A DNA stretch of 63,964 nucleotides, filler included, from Choristocarpus tenellus KU-1152 (Eukaryota; Protista; Phaeophyceae), in NCBI GenBank assembly GCA_964200185.2. It is 12 parts of 12 records of this genome, joined end to end, with 100 filler letters (N's around TTAATTAATTAA, not from the genome) between each part and the next. Parts side by side here need not be neighbours in the genome. Positions count along the whole stretch, not along the records: positions 9,267 to 13,341 come from CAXNAD020016357.1; positions 13,442 to 24,649 come from CAXNAD020002450.1; 10 more parts are not named here. One strand, written 5' to 3'. Positions within the stretch are counted from its first letter, which is position 1. Each line of letters begins with the position of its first letter. Below, piece after piece: positions 13,277 through 24,749 of the stretch. Both the position numbers and the translations under genes were made by a program. The notes beneath the pieces were generated by a model. It was not told the DNA's origin, searched no databases, and saw nothing but the letters and a program-made list of their open reading frames with translations.

Positions 13277-13341
13277 GAGTGAAAGTATCTTAGAGGGTAC
13301 GAGTTTTGCCCTGTTTGTCCATTTGGGACTTGGCTTCTCAT
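13277..13341 (+). mobile_element. MITE family A, left end cut by contig end
   Basis: GAGTGAAAGTATCTTAGAGGGTACGAGTTTTGCCC. Confidence 0.85.
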
Positions 13342-13876
13342 NNNNNNNNNNNNNNNNNNNNNNNNNNNNNNNNNNNNNNNNNNNNTTAATTAATTAANNN
13401 NNNNNNNNNNNNNNNNNNNNNNNNNNNNNNNNNNNNNNNNNGGAAGTGGGATGAGGCGCACTCCCGCAGTCCTTCTTGAAGTCGCAATCCTCCCCGTCGC
13501 AGGCTCCTCCTCTCCATAAACGTCCTCCTTAACTTCTGCCCCAACATCTTCCTCCTCCAAATTCTTGCGAGGAATAACCACCTCAGTTGTTCTTGAAGCT
13601 TGTGCAACCTCTGTTGCTCATGTCTCTTCTATACTTGCAGAACCGACGGCAGACAACATTGGGAATCCATATATCACTCCTACTACTAGCTTGAGATGTC
13701 AGCACGCTTTAAAGTATGCTAGCTAGCACGTTAAAGGTGTAGGGTCCCAAGTCTTGATGTTGAAATTTGTAGATCGGCTCCTTTTCAGTTATGTTGTAGT
13801 AGGTGGAAAGTTGGAGTGAGAAACACCATCCATGCAGGGGTGGTAGACTATTCACTCATCTCTCATCACTCAATAT

Positions 13877-14134
13877 GAGTGAAAGTATCTTAGAGGGTAC
13901 GAATTTTGCCCTATTTGTCCATTTGGGGCTTGGCTTCCCATGGGTATTCTAGGACATTATCCTACACCGAAATGTTTCGGAGTATGTAAAATGTGTAAAA
14001 CTATGAACCGGTTTGTCGGAACAAGGATATTGACACTTCCTAAAGAGCACGATAGTCAAAATTACATCAAAATCGCAACATTGGATATTGGCCACCATAC
14101 GGACGCGGCTCTACCCTCTAAGATACTTTGACTC
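13877..14134 (+). mobile_element. MITE family A
   Basis: Full TIRs; 4-bp TSD ATAT. Confidence 0.93.
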
Positions 14135-15124
14135 ATATGTGTTACTTGCTACAACATTCCTTTTCTAGAATTCTTACGGTATTGCAATAACCAGGATGTT
14201 CTCGTGGTGACTCAACAGGAAGATTACTATCAACTATCCAGTTATCCAACAGTTACAACTCTCTAATTATCCAACAACTGATTGTTTCCATAATAAGTAT
14301 TTTCCCACATGAATTTAAAGCATAACCTTGTCACAGGGTTGCATTTTAAGGATGCTGACAAGAATGTGCTAAATTCGGCTTTTCACAAATATGTATAGGA
14401 TATACCTAAGGTTGGAAGGAGAGAGTAGAAACAGTTGTGGAATGACACGAAATGCTTTAGGAATTACAGGGAATTCATGGCAGCTTAGAACAAGAACAGA
14501 CAAGAGAGAGAAAACATTTCCCCTTACAATGTCTCAATTGTGTTTAAAAAAATGGGAAGCAGCATATTTCATTGTTGAAAACAATACAAACTTACAAAAC
14601 TACTTATTTTTCATCTAGAAACTACTGAGGTTTTTCAAGATATGTTTTGGAGTAATATGCATCAGACTCAGGGTCTACATTGATCTCGAAGTATTAATTT
14701 GATTGGTTTGCCGGAGCATCTTTTTACCTGACTAATGGGAGTATTTCTCTCTCTGCAGACCCTGCTCAGGTATTCGAGTTTTGTTAGTATGCTACAATAC
14801 ACTGTGCATGACAATATACACTACATCTCTTCTTCCTGAGTGAAGGGGGAACACTCCGTAAGACTGTTGTATATTCTGTTCCTCCTCAACTCCTGGAATT
14901 TGCTTGCCTGGCACAATTCGCTCAATATTGCAATCCCTCTGCCATTCACCACACTGTGTGCCACCTCCGCCAACTCAAATTACTTTGGTTGTATAACCTA
15001 GAAAATGCTTCTGTCTTTCCTGATTCCGTTAATGTTGAACGAAGTATGCTTGTCTTGCCTTCATTACTCCTGCACTAACCTTACCACTGGCAACCAACGC
15101 CCCTGATATGATTCATTTCCTCAG

Positions 15125-15754
15125 TAACTGTGGCAACCCTTCGTTACGCCTCTTTGGCTTTGGACCAGTGGTACGGGACGGTTTTGGCGTGGGATATATT
15201 ATCAAAGGTGTGGCAAGTGATGGCAATGCCCACTTGCAGTGGAACAAGGTCTTGTAGGGTGTGCTGGAGTGGTGACATGTTTCCTGTTCATTTACGGTAG
15301 AGTGGTTGTTTGGCGATTAACCACTACCCTGTACGCATTGATAAATGGGTAGAGCAGGCACCAGCACTGGAATATACTGGTGTACAGTGTGAGACAACCT
15401 GTCGGCAAATACAAGAGCAACTCTAATCTCAGCTGTTGCATGGCACTCCACATTGTAGCCACCTTGTTGTATCCAATCATGCCCAGCCTGAGCAACTGCG
15501 CTCTTTGATGGTGTTTCCAAGATCAAATATATATTTGTCATGACTGGTAAAATATGTTAACCACCATCACTAATCTGTTGACATGCTCCCCTCCTCACGA
15601 TCTTCATTTATGAAAACTTGGGTGGGGGCATCATGCCCGACAAGACAACCAACTTAAGTTTGTGGTGACGTCCAAGGGTAGACAGACACAGCGCTTTGTG
15701 GGAAAGGTGCAAGATTTCCTGGATGCAGTCTACCAAATATATCGCCCAAACAAG
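15125..15754 (+). CDS. Carnitine/choline O-acyltransferase, two C-terminal exons (15125-15207, 15645-15754)
   Basis: (S)NCGNPSLRLFGFGPVVRDGFGVGYIIK|DNQLKFVVTSKGRQTQRFVGKVQDFL is the family C-terminal GFGPV..DGFG.GY motif; AG/GT boundaries are phase-compatible; both exons are absent from the ORF track. Confidence 0.88.
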
Positions 15755-16020
15755 GTGAATTGGTGATTTGGATTGGGTTAGGAAGGCCTGGGAGAAAGGC
15801 ATAGGACACGCTAGACTGGATTTTCTGTGTTTTATACCTTTTTCAGGATTGTTTTGCTCTGTATTCTGTATTATTTGGGAAACTTTCCTTCATACATCTT
15901 AAATGTAGAGGTCTACATTGTAATTCCCTCTGCTTACATTATATTAGGAAGACAAGACCCTAGCCCCCCATGTGACCTGCAGACGTAGGAGCAAACCACT
16001 CAATCAAGGCTGATGTCAAA

Positions 16021-16311
16021 TTATTCCCCACAGCATTTTTTCTGCATCCACCTGAGCTGAGACAAATCCCCGCTTGGCATTTGTAGGTGCCAGGCCATGT
16101 AAGAGTGACCTCTGCCAAACGGCCGGACATGTTCGAAGGGGGCTTTTCCATGTGGGGGTCTCTCAGACAAGATTCCTTCCATTGATTGGTCTTCAATCAC
16201 CACTACTCTACTCTGCACCATACCTTGACCTAGACAGCAAGTTCCTATGGATCCAAGATCCTCTCTGGTACTGCCCTCTGAGAGGGAAGCATGAAGAGAC
16301 CACTCTTGCAC
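16021..16311 (-). mobile_element. Possible decayed Copia integrase C-terminal fragment
   Basis: ERPPHGKAPFEHVRPFG resembles the Copia G..P...HLR.FG motif. Confidence 0.35.
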
Positions 16312-17357
16312 CTATATTTTTTCCAAGATGCAGGAATCTGATACAACATATTTCATCATCTTGCAAAAGCTTAAGTTGGAGCATTGAGAACATTAAGATG
16401 TGGGTTTGATCTGAAGAAGTTTTCAACTGCTTTCAAAGAGTGGAAATCGCTTCATAGTGGTATTCATGAAAGTATTATGTTTGAAGGGTTTCTCTCTTGC
16501 TTCAACGACTAATTCCTGCCAATATTCCAGAGAAATTTGGCAAGAGAATTGTAATGTATTCTCTGCTCCTCCTCTATTTCCTTGTTGACTTGTGGCGTAT
16601 TTGTTGAGGCGAAGTCCTAGGAATGGACCTGTATCTGTGTTTTTGTGTTGATGAGCCTGTCTCTATCCTCCCTGTAGCTGTAAATAGCAGTTTTGGTGAA
16701 CACGTTGGTAGCAATTTGCCTTCCTGGGTGAAGGAATCATGCTGCCTGTCATCCATTTGGAAAAGAACGCTTTGCTTCACTTAGAATAGTCATAAAGACC
16801 TCATGGAGACTGTTAGAGTCCTACAGCAATTTTCTTGGCCTTCGAGTTAATGATCCCATTAGAGGTCTAGAGCAAGAGCTTTATGAATCAGGGCGTTAGA
16901 GTATTTGTCTAGTGCATACAGGTATCGTCATTCTGAAATGTTTATAGGTTAATAAATTTAAATTGTATTGATACGTTAGGACATAATAAGAAATAATTTG
17001 TTTGTGTTCCTTTTCTCATTGATTGAATCCTTGGACCAATTACCTGGAATGATTCCAGGTAGGCAGTGCAGATTTCAGACCAACTTTACAGAAGGTGGTC
17101 TTGAGTCTAACATGTACAACTGAAGACTGAAGGAAATAACACTACTGGAGTTCTCACTTACTGATTTTCTTTTGTCTCACAGCCAGTATGTAGCACACTG
17201 AATGTTAACTTAGTTACAGGCTAGTGTTTAATGCAGGGTTGTCCGTTTACTCGGCATTAAAGTCAGACTGTGCCAAAAATGTCGTTAGTGGTACGCGCAA
17301 TAAACAGCCCTACTATTTTGCACCATTCTGAACATGTGACAACCAGAAATCTGTCAA

Positions 17358-17619
17358 GAGTGAAAGCATCTTAGAGGGTACGAGTTGTGCCCTGCTTGTC
17401 CGTTTGGAGCTTGACTTTTTCCATGTTTTTTTTTAATGACATTTTCCTACTTCGAAATATTTTGTAGTAGGCAAAATGTATACATCATGAAAAGGTGTAT
17501 CCGGAACAAGGATATTGACACTTCCTAACAAAAACAATTGCCAAAATTGCATCAAAATCGCATCATTGGATTTTGGACTCCAAACGGACGCCGCTCTATC
17601 CTCTAAGATACTTTGACTC
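17358..17619 (+). mobile_element. MITE family A
   Basis: Full TIRs; 4-bp TSD TCAA. Confidence 0.92.
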
Positions 17620-19147
17620 TCAAGTGTGTGTTGGGTAGCCCTTCAATTGAAGACTTCTACAAGAAGAACGAATATTGAACATGGTGTTAATGGAACTCCT
17701 CATGGAAATGGCTTTGGTACAACATTTCAGTGACCACCTTCTCCCAAGCAAGGCTTCATCGTGGTGCCAAACAAAATGGCTATGAATGAGTATCCCTGCG
17801 CGTTCTCCAACAACCACAGAAGAAATGCCCTGTGTACAAAATGCCTACCCCTACGTTCTATTATATATATGCTGATTGCACACAGCAACATTGAGCTTTC
17901 TATCTTGTACTTCGTTGTTATCAAAATGAAGCTCTGACATAATTGATAATGGCACATATCACAACATGATAACTGGGCTGCATATCAACTGAGTCCAAAC
18001 TTCATCCTAATAAAGTCACATGGTTTCAGACTGCAGGAATTGATTATTGTTGGTGTTAAAATGACACACTCCAAAAGGTGAATTGTGCCCTGAATGGTGT
18101 GCGGTGGGAGGGAATTTGATGCATGCGCTTGATAAGCAATATATCACTAATCAGCAATCACCTCACAACTACGATGAATTCAATGAAATCGCTCTCAGAT
18201 GGGTACACATCAATGGGTCACACTGGTATAGGAAAACCAGGAGTGCAACCCGAGAATGATAATGCATACTCCAAGTACAGAAGTAGCAGTGGTTGACCCT
18301 TGTGTTTTTCAAAGGAAAAAAAAGAGGAGAGATTGTGTTTGTTGGCATGCCATACAATGGATACTTGTGAGGAATTTCACACTGGACCATAACGAAATAC
18401 CATGGGAGAGATGGTGTGCCACTCAAGGGGAGGAAAACAAAAGCGACACGCTGAAAGGGACTACTATTGAGGCAATGATCAACAGGCTGCAGTGGCTGCA
18501 TGCAGTGGAAGGGGGCACAAGTTTCATGGCTGTGGCCTGGCTAGATGTGACGGACTCCTCTTCAGTGAGTTAACAGTTGTGGTGTGAGGCTGTCCTAATC
18601 TCTCAACTGCAAACGGATTTCGAATTTGAGATTCACAATATCAATAACAGGCACTCACCAAGTAACAAAAATATGACTTGAGGGCAACCTCATACCTCAT
18701 GATCGTTGCTAATGACAGAATGCATATAGTACTTTTCCGTAAGTGGGGGTTCTTCCTAAATCCTGTTTCGGCTCTGCAAAGAAAATTGACACCTCTTTTC
18801 CCTCCAGAGATGTTGCACTATCCTAATTGCTGCGAAGCAAATCGAAGCAGTTATAAATAACCCTATCAACAGTTATGCGGGAGTGGAGGCCTGCTTCCAA
18901 TTTTTGTACGCCCCTTCTAATCGTACTTTCTCCAGTTGGAATTAAATGTAACCACTTTTGCAAGCTCCATTCTCGCCTGGAAATAACCCACGTGATAAAC
19001 CCTCTGGACAAAGCGTAGCTGTCATATAGTTTGAGATGACAGGCTGTCATGACTGTGGATGATCACCAGTGCAAAGTTGATTAAGTCGCATTTGGCGGTG
19101 TTCAAAACCCTCATGAAACTGTCAAAGCGGGTGTTTATTGGGATGTC

Positions 19148-19870
19148 TTGGACGAAGGCCCCCCATCATTTTACATCCTCAAAGATGGGCAAGGTGTGTA
19201 CCTGCACCCCACTGAGGACCCTCCCAAACCCCCATGGGCACAGAACAAGCGATACATTACGAAGGTGATGCCCCTTCCGACTGTGGCCCGCCTAGGAAGC
19301 TCTCCAATTGGGTGTGGTTCAATGGGAAAATTGAGATTTGGTCAATCGTAGACAATAAGGTCTCTCAGCGCTCCAGTAAACACTGCCCCAAGGGCACCAA
19401 GGTGCTTTTGCCAGCCAACAGAGATGGAGAGAGGTATAAGTAGCTCATGAATGAGGAAGTCATTCCAGCAATCAAGACCTGCATTCCTAGGCTGAAAGGA
19501 AACACCATCTTCATATAGCAGGAAAGGGCAAAGCCACACACCAAGGGGGGAAATATGGAGGCATTTGAGGAGGCAGGGGGCGAAGTCATCGTCATAGAGA
19601 TCCAGCCAGTCAACTCACTTGATCTCAACGGCATTAACCTAGGATTCTATTATTCCATCCAGCAACTGAAGGAAGACGTGGGGGTGACCAACACAGAGGA
19701 GATCATGGAGGCCACAATGAGGCGTTCGATGTGTACCCCCATAAGACACTAGAATGCGTTTGGCAGTGACTCTTTGCGGTCTATGGTGAATTGTGGGGAT
19801 CCAAGGGTGATAACATCTTCAAAATTCCCCATCTTAGCAATGAAAAGGCTGAGAAGGTGGTAAGCTTCTG
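19148..19870 (+). mobile_element. Tc1/mariner transposase pseudogene, plant-mariner (DD39D-related) type
   Basis: Frameshifted DE...FY, NKRYITKVM..VAR, WFNGKIEIW, QRSSKHCPKGT, VIPAIK, IFI*QERAKPH, QPVNSLDLN..NLGFYYSIQ, GDNIFKIPH. Confidence 0.88.
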
Positions 19871-20089
19871 ATGGGTGCAGCGAAATACCGTGCTGGAATG
19901 GAGTTTTGGAGGGCTTCAGGGGCAGCATCATAGATAGGTGTCGCTGCCCCATTTTGCTTGCAATATTGGTGAGCAATTTTCATTATCCGCACCATACACC
20001 CATAAAATATGAACATGTGAAAAAAAAGTCTTGCTTCTTCATCAGGGTTTCAATAGTTATGTTGCATTTTAATTCCGAACAGAGGAAGT

Positions 20090-20348
20090 GAGTGAAAGTA
20101 TCTTGGAGGGTACGAGTTTTTCCCTGCTTGTCCATTTGGGACTTGGCTTCCCACGGTTTTTTTAATGACATTTTAGCCACTCCTAAATGTTTCGGAATAG
20201 ATTAAATGAATACATTATGAAAAGGTGTATCCGGAACAAGGATATTGACACTCCTAACAAACACGATAGCCAAAATTACGTCAAAATCGCAACATTTGAT
20301 TCTGGTCTCAAAATTGACGCGGCTCTACCCTCGAAGATACTTTGACTC
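20090..20348 (+). mobile_element. MITE family A
   Basis: Full TIRs; flanks AGT...AGT. Confidence 0.92.
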
Positions 20349-20463
20349 AGTATGAATCTATTGACCCCTAAAAGATTGATGTCCCTTTACAGGTAGGTAT
20401 GATAGGTCGACTAACAGAATCAATACGCCACAGTTGCGGAGCACTTAAGGTAGACGAATCAAG

Positions 20464-20717
20464 GAGTCAAAGTAAACGAGAGGTGCATAGTTTTGGGGTT
20501 ATTTGCACTATAAGCCATTTTTTCGATCAATTCTCCCATATTTCTATGGATGAAGTATGAAGCTTGACTTGAGAGGGTTGATATCTCTATTGTTCGGAAG
20601 TTTTCGACTCAATTCGGAAAATATCCTACACGCATTTGAAAATAAAAGGCGAATTTAGCACATTTTTGCTAGCATCCTTATAATGCAACAACTGTGAGTA
20701 CCTCTCATCTACTACTC
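20464..20717 (+). mobile_element. MITE family C
   Basis: GAGTCAAAGTAAACGAGAGG start; degenerate right TIR GTACCTCTCATCTACT. Confidence 0.8.
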
Positions 20718-20726
20718 TGGATCAAA

Positions 20727-20837
20727 GACTCAAAGCATCTAAGAGGGTAAGACCGCGTCCGTTCGGGATTATAAATCCAATGTTGCGATTTTAATGAATT
20801 TTGGCTATCGTGTTGGTTAGCAAGTGTCAACATCCTG
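20727..20837 (-). mobile_element. MITE family A, partial
   Basis: GACTCAAAGCATCTAAGAGGGTAAGACCGCGTCC...AAGTGTCAACATCCT. Confidence 0.75.
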
Positions 20838-21286
20838 CCAACATACCTTCCTGAAGAGCTTGGCTATGTGTGGAGAAGGGGTCAAATGAAGATCACATCT
20901 CTGGCAAAGGAGAGGAAGCACGTATTTGCAGGTTAAAGATTGATTACTGTGACACCCTTAAGAAGGAAGTTGAAGGGATCAGTGTCATCGTCTACATGGA
21001 CAAATCATTTTGCCATCAGTTGTAAGGGTCAGCATTTTACAATAATTTGAGTCGCCAAGAACCTGTCCTGTGAGTCCTATGTATATCAGAATTCCGAGGA
21101 GATAGGTTTCGTGCCATGAATAGGCAAAACCATGGTGCAAATTCGAAAACATGGATACCCCCAAAACATAATTGCTCCCTTTTTTCAGGTTTTGCATCCT
21201 AGTGCATGCTGAGCACAATAGGAAAATAGTGAGGTGTACCTTATTTTGTGTATAGAGATTATGGCATTTTGATTGAGTCGATGTGA

Positions 21287-24200
21287 TGTAACTCATGAGA
21301 TAGTACATCCGGATTATGAATGGGGGTTATATATGGGTTTGGTTCTGCATTCAACTACTCTGACATAACCACTGACTTATGTAGGAGGCACAAATAAATA
21401 ATAAAACAAGCAATAAGAAGACACCCCTCAAGGTCACTCTTCTAATTCCATCCATTCTTTTCACGTTCAGCAAAGGTGGTCATGTGAGGCTCTACACCTT
21501 CTTGTCTTCACTACTGATAAATAGTAATACCTTCCAAGGCAAACTACACAGGTTATGAGTCTTAGTAGTATGGAGACCGACCTGAAGAAACTTGCTGTCT
21601 GGACGGGGGCCACAGGAAGGTCATTGGAGACCTGGTCCACTTGGAGACTGTCGTTGATAGGCCACGCTGGTGGAAAGGGTTTGTACAAGATGACGACGAG
21701 GGACTACGGGATTCCTGAAACACCCACCAACATCTTGGGAGAGGCAGTGCGCAGGGCACATGCCACATATATGAAGAACAAGGGGTTATGGTTCCTGCCT
21801 ATCCAAGCGTCAAAGGGGTCAGCATCAGCAATCGTTGCACGATACGAAAACCAGACAGCAGAGGGGCCTGGCTAGAGTTAGAAAGAGTCTATGGAGGACG
21901 TGCGGAGGACAAGGTCCCCGTACAACTCATCACCTTAGAGGCGAGACTCTGAGAACTCCAGTGCACGGCGTGTCATGACAGCACCGATTTTGTTGTTAAA
22001 CTCGAGCTGCTATTTTCGAACTTCGAGGAGCTCAAGGAGCCTAGTTCCGAAAACATGAAACAGGCGTCTATACTGCTTGGGATCAAGGAAGCCAAGCCAC
22101 ATGTGTTTGCGCAATTAATAACGCGCCCTGACATCGGATATGAGGAGGTCAAACGGGCAATCATCTCTTACTTACCTTCACTCAGGTCAAGATGGGCATG
22201 ATGGGGTATTGGCAATGCACAGCACTGTAAGGAACAACCATGCTGGGAAATCCAGGGGATGAACTGGAAGCAGAGTCAAAGTATCTTAGATGGTAGAGCC
22301 GTGTCCATTTGGGAGAAAAATCTAATGTTGCAATTTTGATGTAATTTTGGCTATCGTGCTTGTTAGGAGATGTCAATATCCATTTTCCGAATACAGCTTT
22401 TTATAACGTACACATTTTGCCTACTCTGAAATATTTTGGAGTTGGAAAATGTAACAAAACAAAACATGGGAAGTCAAGTCCCAAATGGACAAACAGGGCA
22501 AATCTCCTACTCTCTAACATACTTTCACTCAGCAGCCCCAAACCAAACCAATGTGCATATTGCTTTAAGATGAACCATAAATAAATGGAAGAAGTGGTAC
22601 TTATACTGGGATGAAAAGCCACCACCTGCAGAACGCCCGCCTGGGATGGCGCCTGCAAGAACATTTTCACCACCTCCACCTGGTGGGACGGGCAACAGAC
22701 TCGACGAACGGGACCCAAGTGCGCTCCTTCTCCACCTTCAAACCTCGTAAACACCCAGGCTACCAAACGGACATGCACCTTCGGTGACAATGGGAAATTG
22801 GAAGCGAAGGAAACTGGGGGTTTGGTTTTAATGGTGACAGACAAGAAGAACAGGAAACCAACAAGAGTGGTTCTGAAAAATGTTCTATGGGTGCCAAATC
22901 TACCATACCACATATAAGTAGGAGAAGTATACAACGCAATGGAGAAGAATTTATGGATTCAGCAACAACAGAGAGTTATCTGAAGACCAAGAATTCGCCC
23001 AAGATAAGCCTACGAAAGTCTAAAATTCTTAAATTTAACATGTACGTAATGAACGAGGAACGAGAATCGAGAGCCAGCGCAGCACGAGCCAATCAAAAGC
23101 AGAAGGTGACATTGAAGGACTGGTACAACGTATTGGGTCACGTCAACCCATCGTTCATCAAGGATCTCGAGAAACGTTGACTGTTGGAGATCACCGATGC
23201 TACTGTGGCGTCAGAACTGTGATGCTAGATGTGCAAGGAATGAAAATCAGAGGCTCTAAAATATGAACGGGGTGGCAAGAGCCCCCAAGCAGCCTGGCGA
23301 GGTTGTCCACACGGATTCGGCGGAACCTTTTCAACCAGACATCACTGATCACAAATATTTTCAGGTGTTTGTTGATGAAAGGAGCCGTGACAAGAGGGTT
23401 TACGGATTGAAAACCAAAAACGAAGTGACAGACGCGACCGCTGCCTATATCGACCAGATGGTCAGGGAAGGTATACCAGTCCAATGTATCAGTGGGGATG
23501 GTGCTGGCGAGCTTGGGAGATCGCTAAAGTTTCAAAGGATGCTGGCGAACAATGGTACCAGATGGAGGAAAACCCCACCGAGAGCACCCAAGACCAATGG
23601 GATTGCGGAAAGGGCGATAAAGCAACTCACGGGGGCAGCAAGGAGTCAACTAGTAAAAGCTGGGCTGAGCGATGAGTACTGGTTCTATGCCATCATAGAC
23701 GCCGCCTTCAAAACTGGAGGCATGCCACATGAATAGCTGGGAGGAGAGACACCATGCAAGCGTCTAACGGGAAAATCCTTCAATTATGATAGGCTTCGGG
23801 TCTGGGGGAGCGAGTGCTATGTTCACTAGGACAAGCAGCAGAGGGGAGCCGGTTCACCCCTACGCCAAGCAGGGTATCATCATGGGACACGATCATACAT
23901 CACTGTGTTGGTAAATCTGTCTTCCTCAAGAGATCAAGTTGGTGACCTCAGCCCAAGTGACGTTTGAGCCAGACGAGCACATCATGGGCTTCGTGCAGGA
24001 GAGAGAGACCATGACTTTGATCAACGATAACAATATCTCCAATATTGACGACTCCGATGGGGATCTCGATATTGGAGTCGATTCGATACCAACAACACCT
24101 AACAAGAACTCGACAAGTTCACCTAATGAGCAACAGAGGTCAGCCAGGATGTTGAACAGCCCAGGGTGGACTACAGAGGTCTACACTCTGGAGATACCCA

Positions 24201-24649
24201 GGAACTGGGAGAGACCATAGTCAATTGCTCAGAGCAAGCACGGATGACGCCTACTGTTTGATGGGCATGGCAGATGACATCTTGATAAGCCACCAGGACC
24301 CATCAACCAACGCAGAAGCCCTTGCAGGCGTGATGCTGACAATTGGCAGGAGGCAACGGAGCAAGAAATGGACAACAAGGGGCTTGATCGGGTATGGATA
24401 CTCAGACTGGGGCAATGATACTGCTTCAGGACGAAGTGTGATGGGATATCTAATCCTACTAAATGAGGCACCAATTGCATGGAAAATCCAAGATGCAAGG
24501 AGCTGTAACCACATCTTCATCAGAAGCAGTATGGACAGCAATGGTACATGGAATGAGGTATGCAGTATTCATCAGAGGCATCCTGGGGAGGTAGCTGGGC
24601 ATACCCCAAGGGGTCACGACTTGGTATGGGGACAATCGAGGTGTGATCC
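21287..24649 (+). mobile_element. Ty1/Copia retrotransposon, decayed: candidate 5' LTR 21287-21550, PBS 21551-21560, gag from 21555, integrase 23263-23736, RT largely deleted, RNase H from about 24385 to contig end
   Basis: CAYCFKMNH knuckle, WYNVLGHVN pre-integrase, VHTD...ISGDGAGE...TNGIAERAIK integrase core, GYGYSDWGND...RSVMGY...PIAWK RNase H. Confidence 0.93.
22273..22530 (-). mobile_element. MITE family A nested in Copia gag
   Basis: Full TIRs; 4-bp TSD AGCA. Confidence 0.93.
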
Positions 24650-24749
24650 NNNNNNNNNNNNNNNNNNNNNNNNNNNNNNNNNNNNNNNNNNNNTTAATTA
24701 ATTAANNNNNNNNNNNNNNNNNNNNNNNNNNNNNNNNNNNNNNNNNNNN

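Noticed and set aside
16785-17123. Candidate terminal exons for the carnitine acyltransferase
   Set aside because: Two equally plausible short AG-bounded frames with no motif to choose between them.
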